Shown here in pieces: positions 42,070 to 50,787 of a DNA stretch of 64,000 nt. The translations under genes and the position numbers were made by a program. The notes beneath the pieces were generated by a model. The model saw only the letters and a program-made list of their open reading frames with translations. It was not told where the DNA came from and made no database searches. The stretch's first letter is position 1, and each line of letters starts with the position of its first letter. Where the stretch lies: positions 515 through 64,514 of the forward strand of contig CAVTTD010000017.1 in assembly GCA_963737525.1 (NCBI GenBank). The letters run 5' to 3'. This stretch comes from an uncultured Actinomycetota bacterium (GTDB lineage Bacteria > Actinomycetota > UBA4738 > HRBIN12).

Positions 42070-43578
42070 ATGGCGATCACCGCCGAGAGGTTGAGCCGGT
42101 CGAGCGGCGGGCGAAGGATCGTCTCGATGGACGCTGGGCAACCACCTCTTCGGGCCACCTCCCTTCTCGGGCTGGGCGATCGCCTTCGGGCTGATGGCGG
42201 ATGTGCTGACGGACGGTCCTCCCGGGGTCGGCTTCCTCCTCACGACCACGTGGCGGCGCTCGGAGTGGCCCTCGTCGCACGCCCGAAAAGCCAAGCGATC
42301 GCGTTCCTGGTCGCCGGGGTCGCCCTGGTCTCGTTCACCGTCGTTCGCGCGAGCCCCGTGCTCGCGGGTCTCGACCTCCTCAGTCGGGATCGGCCTGTTC
42401 GCCCTCGCGGGCGCATTCGCCCGCGAGGGAAACGTCGTGCGGACGGGCGTGCGCGCCTACGTCGCCCGCGCCTTCGGATGGACGGCACGATCCCGGCTGC
42501 CGGAGCGTTCCTGCTTCGCCCACTCGGGAGGCTGGTCCCCGGTCGGCGTCCAACTGGTCCTCCCACGCGCGCTGCTGATCGCGCTCCCCGTCGGCATCGC
42601 CTTCGCCGTCCTGTTCGCATCGGCGGACGCGGTCTTCGCGAAGCTCCTGCGGACCCCGTTCGAACAGCTTCCGCTCGGCGAGATCCCGAGGCACATCGTG
42701 GTCGTGGCTGGCGGCGCCGCGGGGTTCTCGACGCTCGCTGTCCGATCCTCGGTCCCGATCCGGCTCGGCCGATCCGCGCAGCCCATCGAAGGAGGCGGAC
42801 TCCGTCCGGCCGACTGGATCTCTCTGCTCGCGACCGTCGACATCGTGTTCGCGTTGTTCGTCGGGGTGCAGCTGTTCACGTTCTTCGGCGGGCGACGGTA
42901 TGTCTCGGCGGTCACCGGCCTGACGTTCGCCGAGTACGCCCGCTCGGGGTTCTGGCAGATGCTCGCCGCGGCGACGCTCACGGGACTCGGTGATCACCGC
43001 CTCCTGGATCGGCGGACGCCCGGCGTCGAGCGGTCGAACGGACATCGTTCAAGATCCTCGCCGGCGTGCAGATCGCTCTGGCGCTCGTCGTCCTGGCGAG
43101 CGCCTTCCAACGCCTCGTCCTCTACGAGACCGAGTTCGGCTACACGTGGCCACGGCTGATCCCGCACGCGGCGATCCTGCTCACCGCGGCGTTGCTCGGG
43201 TGCGGCCTCGTCGCCATCCTCACGGGACGCACGGTGTGGCTCCCCACGGCTGCGCTCTGCCTCGGGCTCCTCACGGTGGTCGGACTCAACGTCCTCGACC
43301 CGGAAGCCTTCATCGCGGAGCGCAACATCGCCCGCGTCGCGCGTGGGTACGAACTGGACACGCGGGAGCTGGCTTCCCTTTCGGCGGACGCGGCCCCGGC
43401 CATCGCGACCGCGCTTCCCGAGCTGGATCCGCCGATCAGGCAGCAGGTGGCGCGGGACCTCTCGTGCCTTCGCGCCGAGCTCCGGAAGGGCGTGTCTCGC
43501 TTCGGATGGGCCTCGTTCAACGTGGCGCGCGACACCGCGCTCGAACGACTGGATGGGCTGCGACTTCCGCCGTGCTGA
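42070..43578 (+). CDS. DUF4173-family polytopic membrane protein; at least two apparent frameshifts, 5' end uncertain
   Basis: Family-typical segments [56 protein letters not shown] and [43 protein letters not shown], read across three frames. Joins near 42380-42400 and 43034-43045. Confidence 0.45.
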
Positions 43579-43599
43579 ACAGGCGCGACGACGGATCGG

Positions 43600-44271
43600 C
43601 TAGTGCTCGAGGTCAGGCCGGTTCCGATGCGTCTTCTCGAGTGCGGCGTCGGCGCGCCACCGCTCGATCGCGCCATGATCGCCAGAGAGCAAGACCTCGG
43701 GCACGGCCATGCCACGGTACTCGGGCGGCCGGGTGTAGTGGGGATGGTCCAAGGACCAGGGTTCCGCGAAGGAATCCCGCTCGTGGGACTCCTCCTTGCC
43801 GATGACGCCGGGAACGAGCCGGGTGACGGCCTCGATGACCACCAGCGCAGGGATCTCGCCGCCCGCGACCACGTAGTCCCCGATCGACACCTCTTCGGCC
43901 GGGAGCCCTTCGACGACCCGCTCGTCCACACCTTCGTACCGGCCGCAGAGGAGTGTCAGGTGTTCCTCCTCGGCGAGTTCTCGCACGAAGGCCTGGTCCA
44001 GAGGCCGTCCTGCCGGGGACAGGAGCAGCACACGGCCGCGGTCTGGATCCAGCGACTCGACCGCGGCGAAGAAAGGCTCGGGCTTCATCACCATCCCCGG
44101 ACCGCCGCCGTACGCCGTGTCGTCGACCATCCGGTGGCGATCGTCGGACCATTCCCGGAGGTCGTGCACCCGGACGTCGAGCAACCCTTCCGCGATCGCC
44201 TTCCCCAGGAGGCTCTCCCGCACAGGCCCTCCGAAGATCCCCGGGAAGATCGTGAACACGTCGATCCGCAT
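43600..44271 (-). CDS. trmD: tRNA (guanine37-N1)-methyltransferase
   Basis: 223 aa; MRIDVFTIFPGIF...DVRVHDLREW...VDDTAYGGGPGMVMKPEP...LLCGRYEGVDERV is classic TrmD. Confidence 0.93.
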   Translation of the reverse strand: MRIDVFTIFPGIFGGPVRESLLGKAIAEGLLDVRVHDLREWSDDRHRMVDDTAYGGGPGMVMKPEPFFAAVESLDPDRGRVLLLSPAGRPLDQAFVRELAEEEHLTLLCGRYEGVDERVVEGLPAEEVSIGDYVVAGGEIPALVVIEAVTRLVPGVIGKEESHERDSFAEPWSLDHPHYTRPPEYRGMAVPEVLLSGDHGAIERWRADAALEKTHRNRPDLEH

Positions 44272-44352
44272 CGAGCGAGGCTAGCAACGTTGCGTCCGCG
44301 ACCGCGTCGAGGCACGATGCGCCCGACCGGCCGCGGGCCGGACGGAGGAACG

Positions 44353-46632
44353 ATGACGCCGATCGTCCTGGTGGTGCTCATGTTCGTCGGGATCGTGATC
44401 GCCGTGGACACCGTGCGTCGGCGGAAGATCCGCATCGCGCGAACGATCGATCTCCAAGGGTGGGTCGCCGCGCGCCTTGCGGAACCGGGGCCGCCGGTGC
44501 TCACGGAGGCGCTCGCCTCGGCGTTGACGCGCGAGCCGCCGGTCCACGTGGATCTCTACGTCAAGCTGACCGAGTCCCTGGAGATCGCCAACCTGCGCCC
44601 TCGGCTGCGGGACGGGTGCGAGGTGAAGATCTTCCGGCTCCGCTGGGGGAACGACTTCGCGATGATCGCTCGCGACGACCGTGAGCTCCACTATCGGCTC
44701 GAGGTCTGGGAGGCGGAGCTGCTCCCGAAGCTGGACGGGACGAGGACCGTCGGTGATCTGGTCGTCGAGCGGATGGAAGCCGGTGGTGGGCTCGACGCCG
44801 AGCCGGTGACCGATCTCGTCGTGGCCTTGTACGGAGGCGGTTTCCTCGATCCCGCTCCCATCGCGACCAACGAGCTGATCGTGGACCGGCTCGATCCCTC
44901 GTCCCCGGGCCGAAAGAAGCTGACGCGGTTCGGCAAGACACTCTCGATCGAGTGGAAAGGCGCGGACCGTCTGGTCCGCTTCTGCTATCGGAACCTCCTG
45001 CGGCCGTTCTTCTGGTGGCCCGTCGCGCTCGTGTCCGGCCTCGTCGCGATCGCTGGGCTGGCAGCCTTCGTCGATGTCTATGCCTCCGGACGGTTCTCGA
45101 TCGGGGGGGAATCCGCCCCGACCGAGGCGGCGATCTTGCTCGCCCTCGCGTTCTTCCTGACGTTCATGCACGAGCTCGGGCACTCGGTCGTCATCTCCCG
45201 TTACAACCGGAAGGTGAAGGGCGCCGGCTTCATGATCTATTTCGGCTCGCCTGCCTTCTTCGTCGAGGCGACGGACAGCCTCATGCTCGAACGAAGACAG
45301 CGCATCCTCCAAGCTTCCGCCGGGCCGTTCACGGAGCTGATCATCGCCGGAGTGGCTTCGCTCGTGATCTTCGCTTCCCCAGACGGTCCGCTTGCGGACC
45401 TGCTCTACAAATTCGCGCTCCTCAACTACATCGTGATCTTCCTGAATCTCGTCCCCTTGCTGGAACTCGACGGCTACTTCATCCTCTCCGACCTGATCCA
45501 GGTCCCCGACCTCCGACCCCGCTCCCTTCAGTTCATCCAGCACGACCTGTGGCACAAGATCTCGTCGCGCGAACGCCTGACGCCCCAGGAGTGGGGTCTC
45601 GGGGGATACGGGTTCGCCGGGATCGCGTTCACGATCTTCTCCTTCTGGACGGGATTGTTCTTCTGGAAGGTGATCTTCTTGAATCTGGCCGTCGGTCTTT
45701 GGAACGGCGGCATCGGCTCGAAAGTCTTGTTGGTGCTGCTGGGCGCGTTCCTCGCTGGACCGATCATCCGCGGCCTGCTCACACTGACTCTCAGCCTCGT
45801 GAGGCGCATCAGGGGACTCGTTCGAGCGATCCGGTTCCGCCTCGAGACCACCTGGCGGGTCGAGGCGGCGGAGCTGATCGACGCGCTCCCGGCGTTCGAC
45901 GATCTTCCCGAGGATGTCCTCTCGGACCTCGCGGGGCGTGTGCGACTGCGGATCCTTCGCGCCGGCGAGCCGGCCTTCCGCCAAGGGGACCAGCCGGACG
46001 CCTTCTACATCGTGCGGCGGGGCACCGTGCGCATCGAGGACGAGGATCCGGAGACGAGCGCCACACGCATCATCCGGACGATGGGTCGGGGCGAATCGTT
46101 CGGCGAGATGGGGCTCCTCGGCGGGCGACGGCGCCAGGCGACCGTCCGGGCAGGGGACGACGTGGAGCTCTTCGAGGTGGACAAGGGCACCTTCGACCGG
46201 CTGCTCGCCGATGACATGCGCGCGCCTGAGTTCGGTCACACGATGCAGGCGCTCGCCGAGCTCCGGGAGCTCTCGGTCTTCCACGGGCTGGACTCCGAGC
46301 AGCTGAACGTCATCCTTGAACACGGGGAGTGGATCACTGCCGTCCACGGCGACGAACTCATCACACAAGGTGAGCCGGGAGACCGGTTCTACGTGATCGA
46401 GTCGGGACGGGCCGAGATCATCCGGGACGGGACCGGCCTCGACTCCGTGAGCAAGGGGATGTACTTCGGCGAGGTTGCCCTGCTTCGCGACGTCCCGAGG
46501 ACGGCCACGGTGGTCGCCTCCACCCCGATGCGTCTGTTCGCCCTCGATCGTGAAGGCTTCGAGCTCGTCGTCGCCGATGCCTTCCGGCGCGGTACGCTCC
46601 GCCCCGCCGCCGACCGCATCTGGCAGCACTGA
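44353..46632 (+). CDS. M50-family (site-2-protease-like) metalloprotease fused to two C-terminal cyclic-nucleotide-binding domains
   Basis: ATG at 44353 after GGAGGA. 759 aa.
- N-terminal TM MTPIVLVVLMFVGIVIAV.
- An about 200-aa domain of unknown type.
- M50 core with HExxH (FFLTFMHELGHSVV) and the S2P second motif (LNLVPLLELDGYFIL) amid TM helices.
- Two CAP_ED domains: FGEMGLLGGRRRQATVRA and FGEVALLRDVPRTATVVA. Confidence 0.75.
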   Translation: MTPIVLVVLMFVGIVIAVDTVRRRKIRIARTIDLQGWVAARLAEPGPPVLTEALASALTREPPVHVDLYVKLTESLEIANLRPRLRDGCEVKIFRLRWGNDFAMIARDDRELHYRLEVWEAELLPKLDGTRTVGDLVVERMEAGGGLDAEPVTDLVVALYGGGFLDPAPIATNELIVDRLDPSSPGRKKLTRFGKTLSIEWKGADRLVRFCYRNLLRPFFWWPVALVSGLVAIAGLAAFVDVYASGRFSIGGESAPTEAAILLALAFFLTFMHELGHSVVISRYNRKVKGAGFMIYFGSPAFFVEATDSLMLERRQRILQASAGPFTELIIAGVASLVIFASPDGPLADLLYKFALLNYIVIFLNLVPLLELDGYFILSDLIQVPDLRPRSLQFIQHDLWHKISSRERLTPQEWGLGGYGFAGIAFTIFSFWTGLFFWKVIFLNLAVGLWNGGIGSKVLLVLLGAFLAGPIIRGLLTLTLSLVRRIRGLVRAIRFRLETTWRVEAAELIDALPAFDDLPEDVLSDLAGRVRLRILRAGEPAFRQGDQPDAFYIVRRGTVRIEDEDPETSATRIIRTMGRGESFGEMGLLGGRRRQATVRAGDDVELFEVDKGTFDRLLADDMRAPEFGHTMQALAELRELSVFHGLDSEQLNVILEHGEWITAVHGDELITQGEPGDRFYVIESGRAEIIRDGTGLDSVSKGMYFGEVALLRDVPRTATVVASTPMRLFALDREGFELVVADAFRRGTLRPAADRIWQH

Positions 46633-46643
46633 AAGGGGAACGC

Positions 46644-46856
46644 GTGGATTGCTGGCACTGCCGCCGGACCGCCGTGGGGACCTGCCGATTCTGCGGTCGC
46701 GGCGTCTGCGAGGACCACGCGGAGACCCAGCCGTTCGTGCTCGAGCTGTTCCGGAGCAAGGACGTCACCCGCGCGCTCGTCGTGGAGGACGCGCTCTGGT
46801 GCGCGGCCTGCACACCTCGCCCGGACCCGGTGGACCTGCCGGAGCTCGATGCCTGA
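46644..46856 (+). CDS. small four-Cys zinc-ribbon protein
   Basis: GTG start 11 nt after the protease stop, with AAGGGG SD. 70 aa: (M)DCWHCRRTAVGTCRFCGRGVCEDHAE...LWCAACTPRPDPVDLPELDA, carrying CxxC-x7-CxxC-x4-C ... CxxC. Confidence 0.5.
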   Translation: MDCWHCRRTAVGTCRFCGRGVCEDHAETQPFVLELFRSKDVTRALVVEDALWCAACTPRPDPVDLPELDA

Positions 46857-46870
46857 CGTCCCGTTCCAGG

Positions 46871-46970
46871 TGTGACCTACGTCACATCCCGCGCCTGTTC
46901 CGCGTCACATCTCGCGGTCGTTGGGCGTCACAACGCTCCTGGTGACGAATGTCACCGTCTTCGCGTGACA
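46871..46970. promoter_or_regulatory. cluster of CRP/FNR-type boxes
   Basis: Perfect TGTGA-N6-TCACA (TGTGACCTACGTCACA, 46871-46886). GTCACA half-sites at 46904 and 46927. GGTGACGAATGTCACC (46941-46956). GTGACA at 46965, giving TGTCAC-N9-GTGACA. The cluster lies 14 bp after the zinc-ribbon ORF and upstream of the small basic ORF and the CRP-family gene. Confidence 0.55.
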
Positions 46971-47065
46971 CGCACCACCGACCGGCCGTGCCCGAGGCGA
47001 CATGATTCGGGTGTCGAAGAACAGGGCCCGACTCGGGCCCACGGACTCAGGAGGAGGACCCTGGG

Positions 47066-47200
47066 ATGGCGGACAAGAAGATCACTCCGAAGGCGGCAAG
47101 CTCCAAGGACAAGGCGTCGGGCGACCGCGCCGCGGCTCGCGTCTCGCTGAGGACCACCAAGCGGACGACCAAGCGGACCACCAAGCGGACCACCAAGTAG
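47066..47200 (+). CDS. 44-aa highly basic peptide with C-terminal (TTKR)x4 tandem repeat
   Basis: ATG at 47066 with strong SD AGGAGGAGGA (47049-47058). Translation: MADKKITPKAASSKDKASGDRAAARVSLRTTKRTTKRTTKRTTK. A hairpin GGGCCCG-ACT-CGGGCCC (47024-47040) precedes it and a terminator follows. Too short for the ORF track. Confidence 0.45.
   Translation: MADKKITPKAASSKDKASGDRAAARVSLRTTKRTTKRTTKRTTK
47153..47197 (+). repeat. 12-nt tandem repeat (ACCACCAAGCGG x3.75) encoding the TTKR repeats
   Basis: Units: accaccaagcgg / acgaccaagcgg / accaccaagcgg / accaccaag. Confidence 0.8.
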
Positions 47201-47231
47201 CAGGTCCGATCTTCGGACTGAACGTGATCGA

Positions 47232-47266
47232 GGACGGGCGCCGCAGGCGCCCGTCCTTCGTTTTGG
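47232..47266 (+). terminator. Rho-independent terminator after the small basic ORF
   Basis: GGACGGGCGCC-GCAG-GCGCCCGTCC (perfect 10-11-bp stem) followed by TTCGTTTTGG. Confidence 0.6.
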
Positions 47267-47301
47267 CTTGCACGAGGCAGCCGGGCTAGGCTCCTCTCGT
47301 C

Positions 47302-48003
47302 ATGCGAAGGGCCGACGACCTCCAGGTAGGCAAGGTGATGGCGGGCGCCCCGTTCCTCGAGCAGGTCCCGCACGAGGCCCTGGATCGGTTCGCCACGCAG
47401 GGCGCCGTCCACCGCTTCCGCCGGGGGACCTACCTCTGTCACCAGGGCGACCCGGACGGAGACGTCTTCTTCCTGGTATCCGGCCGGGTCGAGATCAGCT
47501 CCGAGACGGCCAACGGGAACAGGGTGTTGCACGCGACCTTGGATACCCCCGGGTTCGTCGGCGAGCTCTCGGCCCTCGGGAAGATGCCGAGGACCGCGAG
47601 CGTCCTCACCCTCGACGACTCGGACGTGTGGTCGACGGGGCCAGAGTCCTTCCTCGACTTCGTGACGGCCGAACCAGCCGCGTCTCGCGGCTTCCTCCAG
47701 GCGCTGGCCCGCCAGGTTCGGGAGCATCAGTCCTTCACCGACGACCTCCTGCACCTCGACCTGAAGGGCCGGCTCGCGAAGCGGCTCCTCCAGCTCGTGA
47801 CGCCCACCCTCGACGATCTTCCGAAGGACGGGGTACTCGTCCCGGCCGTCACGCACGCCGACCTTGCGAGCCTGTGCGGCGGCAGCCGGGAGAACGTGAC
47901 CCGCATCCTCACCGAGTGGCAGCGGCGCGGGCTCGTGGAGCGCGATGGGCATCGCTACGTCCTGAAGAAGGTGTCCGGCCTGGCGAAGATCGCCGACCTC
48001 TAG
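47302..48003 (+). CDS. CRP/FNR-family transcriptional regulator (CRP-like, no Fe-S cysteines)
   Basis: cNMP-binding domain (GDPDGDVFFLVSGRVEI...FVGELSALG...RTASVLT). C-terminal HTH with TGTGA-reading residues ADLASLCGGSRENVTRILTEW. Alternative start ATG 47338 (MAGAPFLEQ...) has a better SD. The stop shares CTAG with the rimM stop. Confidence 0.85.
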   Translation: MRRADDLQVGKVMAGAPFLEQVPHEALDRFATQGAVHRFRRGTYLCHQGDPDGDVFFLVSGRVEISSETANGNRVLHATLDTPGFVGELSALGKMPRTASVLTLDDSDVWSTGPESFLDFVTAEPAASRGFLQALARQVREHQSFTDDLLHLDLKGRLAKRLLQLVTPTLDDLPKDGVLVPAVTHADLASLCGGSRENVTRILTEWQRRGLVERDGHRYVLKKVSGLAKIADL

Positions 48004-48533
48004 TCCTGAGTCTCCTCTGGGGACTCTTCGGGCGCGGTGAGTCCCGGCACGTCTTTCACCACGATCGTTCGAGCGACGACGTCGACGTCGACGAGGAGGT
48101 CGGCGAGCGCCGGGACCAATGTTTCGTTCCCTTCCTCGTCCACGGCGACCCAGAGGTCGTTGGCTGGGTTCGGGATGACCTCCTTCACGATGCCGAGGAC
48201 GCGGCCCGACGCGGTCCGCACCTCGCACCCCTCGAGCTGGTAGGCCCACCACTCTTCGTCCGCCAGATCGGGCAGCCAGGACTCCGGGACGACGAGAACG
48301 GCACCACGGAGATCCTCGGCGGCGCTGCGATCCACGATCCCCGCGAACTTCACGATCAGTCGGCGGCCGTGGCGTCTGCTCGCTTCGATCGTGAGCGCGG
48401 CACCGTCTTCGCGGAGGACGGTGCCACCCGGCGCCCAGCGATCCGGATTGTCGGAGCGGTTCTGTACGGAGACATCCCCGCGAAGGCCGTGGACCCCTGT
48501 CACCACGCCGACGACGACGGTCGGCTCGTCCAC
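48000..48533 (-). CDS. rimM: 16S rRNA processing protein RimM
   Basis: GTG start 1 nt after the KH-protein stop: (M)DEPTVVVGVVTGVHGLRGDVSVQNRSDNPDRW... plus PRC barrel ...VLGIVKEVIPNPANDLWVAV. 177 aa. Confidence 0.88.
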   Translation of the reverse strand: MDEPTVVVGVVTGVHGLRGDVSVQNRSDNPDRWAPGGTVLREDGAALTIEASRRHGRRLIVKFAGIVDRSAAEDLRGAVLVVPESWLPDLADEEWWAYQLEGCEVRTASGRVLGIVKEVIPNPANDLWVAVDEEGNETLVPALADLLVDVDVVARTIVVKDVPGLTAPEESPEETQD

Positions 48534-48534
48534 C

Positions 48535-48765
48535 TCAGTCTTCGATGTCCACCATGGCGCCATGACCCTGGCGCTGCGCGGCCGCGCGGACGACGGTGCG
48601 GATCGCCTTGGCCGTTCGGCCGCCCCGGCCGATGACCTTGCCCATGTCATCCGGGGCCACCCGAACGCGATAGCGAGGACCACGCTCGTCGAAGGTTTCC
48701 TCGATGGAGACGGAATCGGGCTCGTCGACCAACTCCTGCACGAGGAACTCGACGAGATCCTTCAC
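48535..48765 (-). CDS. KH-domain RNA-binding protein
   Basis: 76 aa; [56 protein letters not shown]. Conserved rpsP-KH-rimM arrangement; ATGA overlap with rpsP. Confidence 0.8.
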   Translation of the reverse strand: MKDLVEFLVQELVDEPDSVSIEETFDERGPRYRVRVAPDDMGKVIGRGGRTAKAIRTVVRAAAQRQGHGAMVDIED

Positions 48766-49346
48766 GCGTCCTCCGTGTCGGACGTCTCGGCCGCAGGGAG
48801 TTCCTCGGCCTCGACCGGTGCCGTTGCCTCGGCCGGTGCCGCTTCCGTCGGCGACTCCTCCGCGGGTACGTCAGCGACGGCCTCGACCGCTTCGGCGGCA
48901 CCCGCCTCCGCGACCTCTGGCTCCGCGACCTCTGGCTCGGCGACCTCTGGCTCGGCCTCCACTGCGGGGGCTTCTTGAACGGTCGGCTCGGGTTCGGAGG
49001 CCGCGGCCTCAGCTTTCTGCTTGGCCTTCTTCGACAGCTTCGGCTTGGACGTCCGCTCTTTCGCGGGACCGGCGTCCGCCGACGGACGCTCCTTCACGAA
49101 CTCCTCCCAGATACCCACCTTCTTCATCAGGTTGCGGACCTGGTCCGAGGGTTGTGCCCCCACACGCAGCCAGTGCAGGGCCCGGTTCTGGTCGATCTCG
49201 ATCACGCTCGGATCGTCGAGCGGGTGGTACTTGCCGATGTTCTCGATGAAACGGCCGTCGCGGGGACTCCGCTGGTCCGCCACCACGACGCGGAAGAACG
49301 GGCGCTTGTTCGAGCCCATCCTCCGGAGCCGGATCCTGGTCGTCAT
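48762..49346 (-). CDS. rpsP: 30S ribosomal protein S16 with Ala/Glu/Pro-rich C-terminal extension
   Basis: [43 protein letters not shown]... then a repetitive (AEPEV)n tail. Confidence 0.93.
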   Translation of the reverse strand: MTTRIRLRRMGSNKRPFFRVVVADQRSPRDGRFIENIGKYHPLDDPSVIEIDQNRALHWLRVGAQPSDQVRNLMKKVGIWEEFVKERPSADAGPAKERTSKPKLSKKAKQKAEAAASEPEPTVQEAPAVEAEPEVAEPEVAEPEVAEAGAAEAVEAVADVPAEESPTEAAPAEATAPVEAEELPAAETSDTEDA

Positions 49347-49363
49347 GTCCGCGTGTCCTCTCG

Positions 49364-50719
49364 CTAGCTCTTCCGCATCGGGGGCATCTTGGGCATCGAC
49401 AACATGCCCGGAAGTCCCTTCCCGCCGCCCATCATCGACCGCATCATCTTCCTCGCGCCCTCGAAATCCTTCAGGAGCGTGTTGACGTCGGAAGTGGTGG
49501 AGCCCGCTCCGTGGGCGATCCGCAGGCGGCGGGACCCGGAGATGATACCGGGATTCCGTCGTTCCTCCGGCGTCATGGAAAGGATCAGCGCCTCGGCCTG
49601 GCGGAGCTTCCCCTCGTCGACCTGATCGGCGATCTCCTTGAAGGCGTTCTTGCCGCCCGGCATCCCCGGGAGCATCTTCAGCAGATCCTGGATCGGTCCG
49701 AGCTGCCGCATCTGTCGCAGCTGGGCGAGGAAGTCCTCGAGCGTGAAGGCGCCCTGGAGCATCTTCTCCGCCGACGCTTTCGCTTCGTCCGCGTCGAGCT
49801 TCTCGCTCGCCTTGTCGATCAGGCTCAACACGTCTCCCATCCCCATGATGCGCCCGGCCATCCGGTCGGGATGGAAGTCCTCGAGGTCCTCGGGTTTCTC
49901 TCCGATGCCGGCGAAGAAGACGGGACGACCGGTGACGGCGGTGATGGAAAGAGCCGCGCCGCCTCGCGCATCTCCATCCAGCTTCGTGAGCACGAATCCG
50001 GTCGTGTCGACCTCCTTCAGGAACTCGCGAGCCTGGACCACCGCGTCCTGTCCGGTCATCGCGTCGGCGGCCATCAGGACGTGATCGGGTTTCACGGCGT
50101 CGCGGATGCGACGCGCCTGCTTCATCATCTCCACGTCGACGTGCAGCCGGCCGGCGGTATCCACGATCACGACGTCATTGCCTTTCCTCTCCGCATCCTT
50201 CAACGCGTTCTTCGCGACCTTCACGGGGTCCCGACCCTCGGAGACGACGGGGACGCCCACCTCCTCACCGAGGGTGAAGAGCTGCTCCACCGCGGCCGGC
50301 CGTTCCAGGTCCGCGGCAACCAACAGGGGCCGTCGCCCCTGCATCTTGAGCCGGAGGGCGAGCTTGGCGCACGCGGTCGTCTTCCCCGAGCCCTGGACCC
50401 CCGCCAGCATCACGACCGCGGTCCGGCCGGAGGGCAGCACGAACTTCCGATGCTCGCCTCCGAGGGTCTCCTGAAGCTCCTCCCGGACGACCTTGATCAC
50501 CTGTTGCGCGGGAGTGAGGCTCTTCATCACCTCTTCGGACAACGCGCGCGTGCGCACGCGCCCGAGGAAGTCGTCGGTGACCTCCACCGCGACGTCTGCG
50601 TCCAACAGCGCCGTCCGCATGTCACCGAGCGCGTTGTCGACCTGCTTGGGGTGGAGCTTGCCGCGAGAGCGGAGCTTCTTGAACGTGCTGTCGAGCTTGT
50701 CTGTGAGGGTGTCGAACAT
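49364..50719 (-). CDS. ffh: signal recognition particle protein Ffh
   Basis: ATG at 50719: [22 protein letters not shown]..., NG domain ([33 protein letters not shown]) and Met-rich M domain ([24 protein letters not shown]). The 672-aa ORF call is inflated upstream. Confidence 0.93.
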   Translation of the reverse strand: MFDTLTDKLDSTFKKLRSRGKLHPKQVDNALGDMRTALLDADVAVEVTDDFLGRVRTRALSEEVMKSLTPAQQVIKVVREELQETLGGEHRKFVLPSGRTAVVMLAGVQGSGKTTACAKLALRLKMQGRRPLLVAADLERPAAVEQLFTLGEEVGVPVVSEGRDPVKVAKNALKDAERKGNDVVIVDTAGRLHVDVEMMKQARRIRDAVKPDHVLMAADAMTGQDAVVQAREFLKEVDTTGFVLTKLDGDARGGAALSITAVTGRPVFFAGIGEKPEDLEDFHPDRMAGRIMGMGDVLSLIDKASEKLDADEAKASAEKMLQGAFTLEDFLAQLRQMRQLGPIQDLLKMLPGMPGGKNAFKEIADQVDEGKLRQAEALILSMTPEERRNPGIISGSRRLRIAHGAGSTTSDVNTLLKDFEGARKMMRSMMGGGKGLPGMLSMPKMPPMRKS

Positions 50720-50787
50720 CGCGTCGGCTTCCGTTCGGGTCGTCCTGCGAACCAGGTGCCGGCGGCCACGCCGGCGGAGCAGGAATC

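Noticed and set aside
43603-44352. Upstream 250 codons of the 1009-aa ORF call for the cNMP-protease.
   Set aside because: This stretch is antisense to trmD and compositionally junk. The real start is the SD-preceded ATG at 44353 (MTPIVLVV...).
47153-47197. 12-nt tandem repeat, as a CRISPR array or VNTR.
   Set aside because: Only 3.75 contiguous copies with no spacers. It lies inside a well-signalled small ORF where it encodes TTKR repeats.
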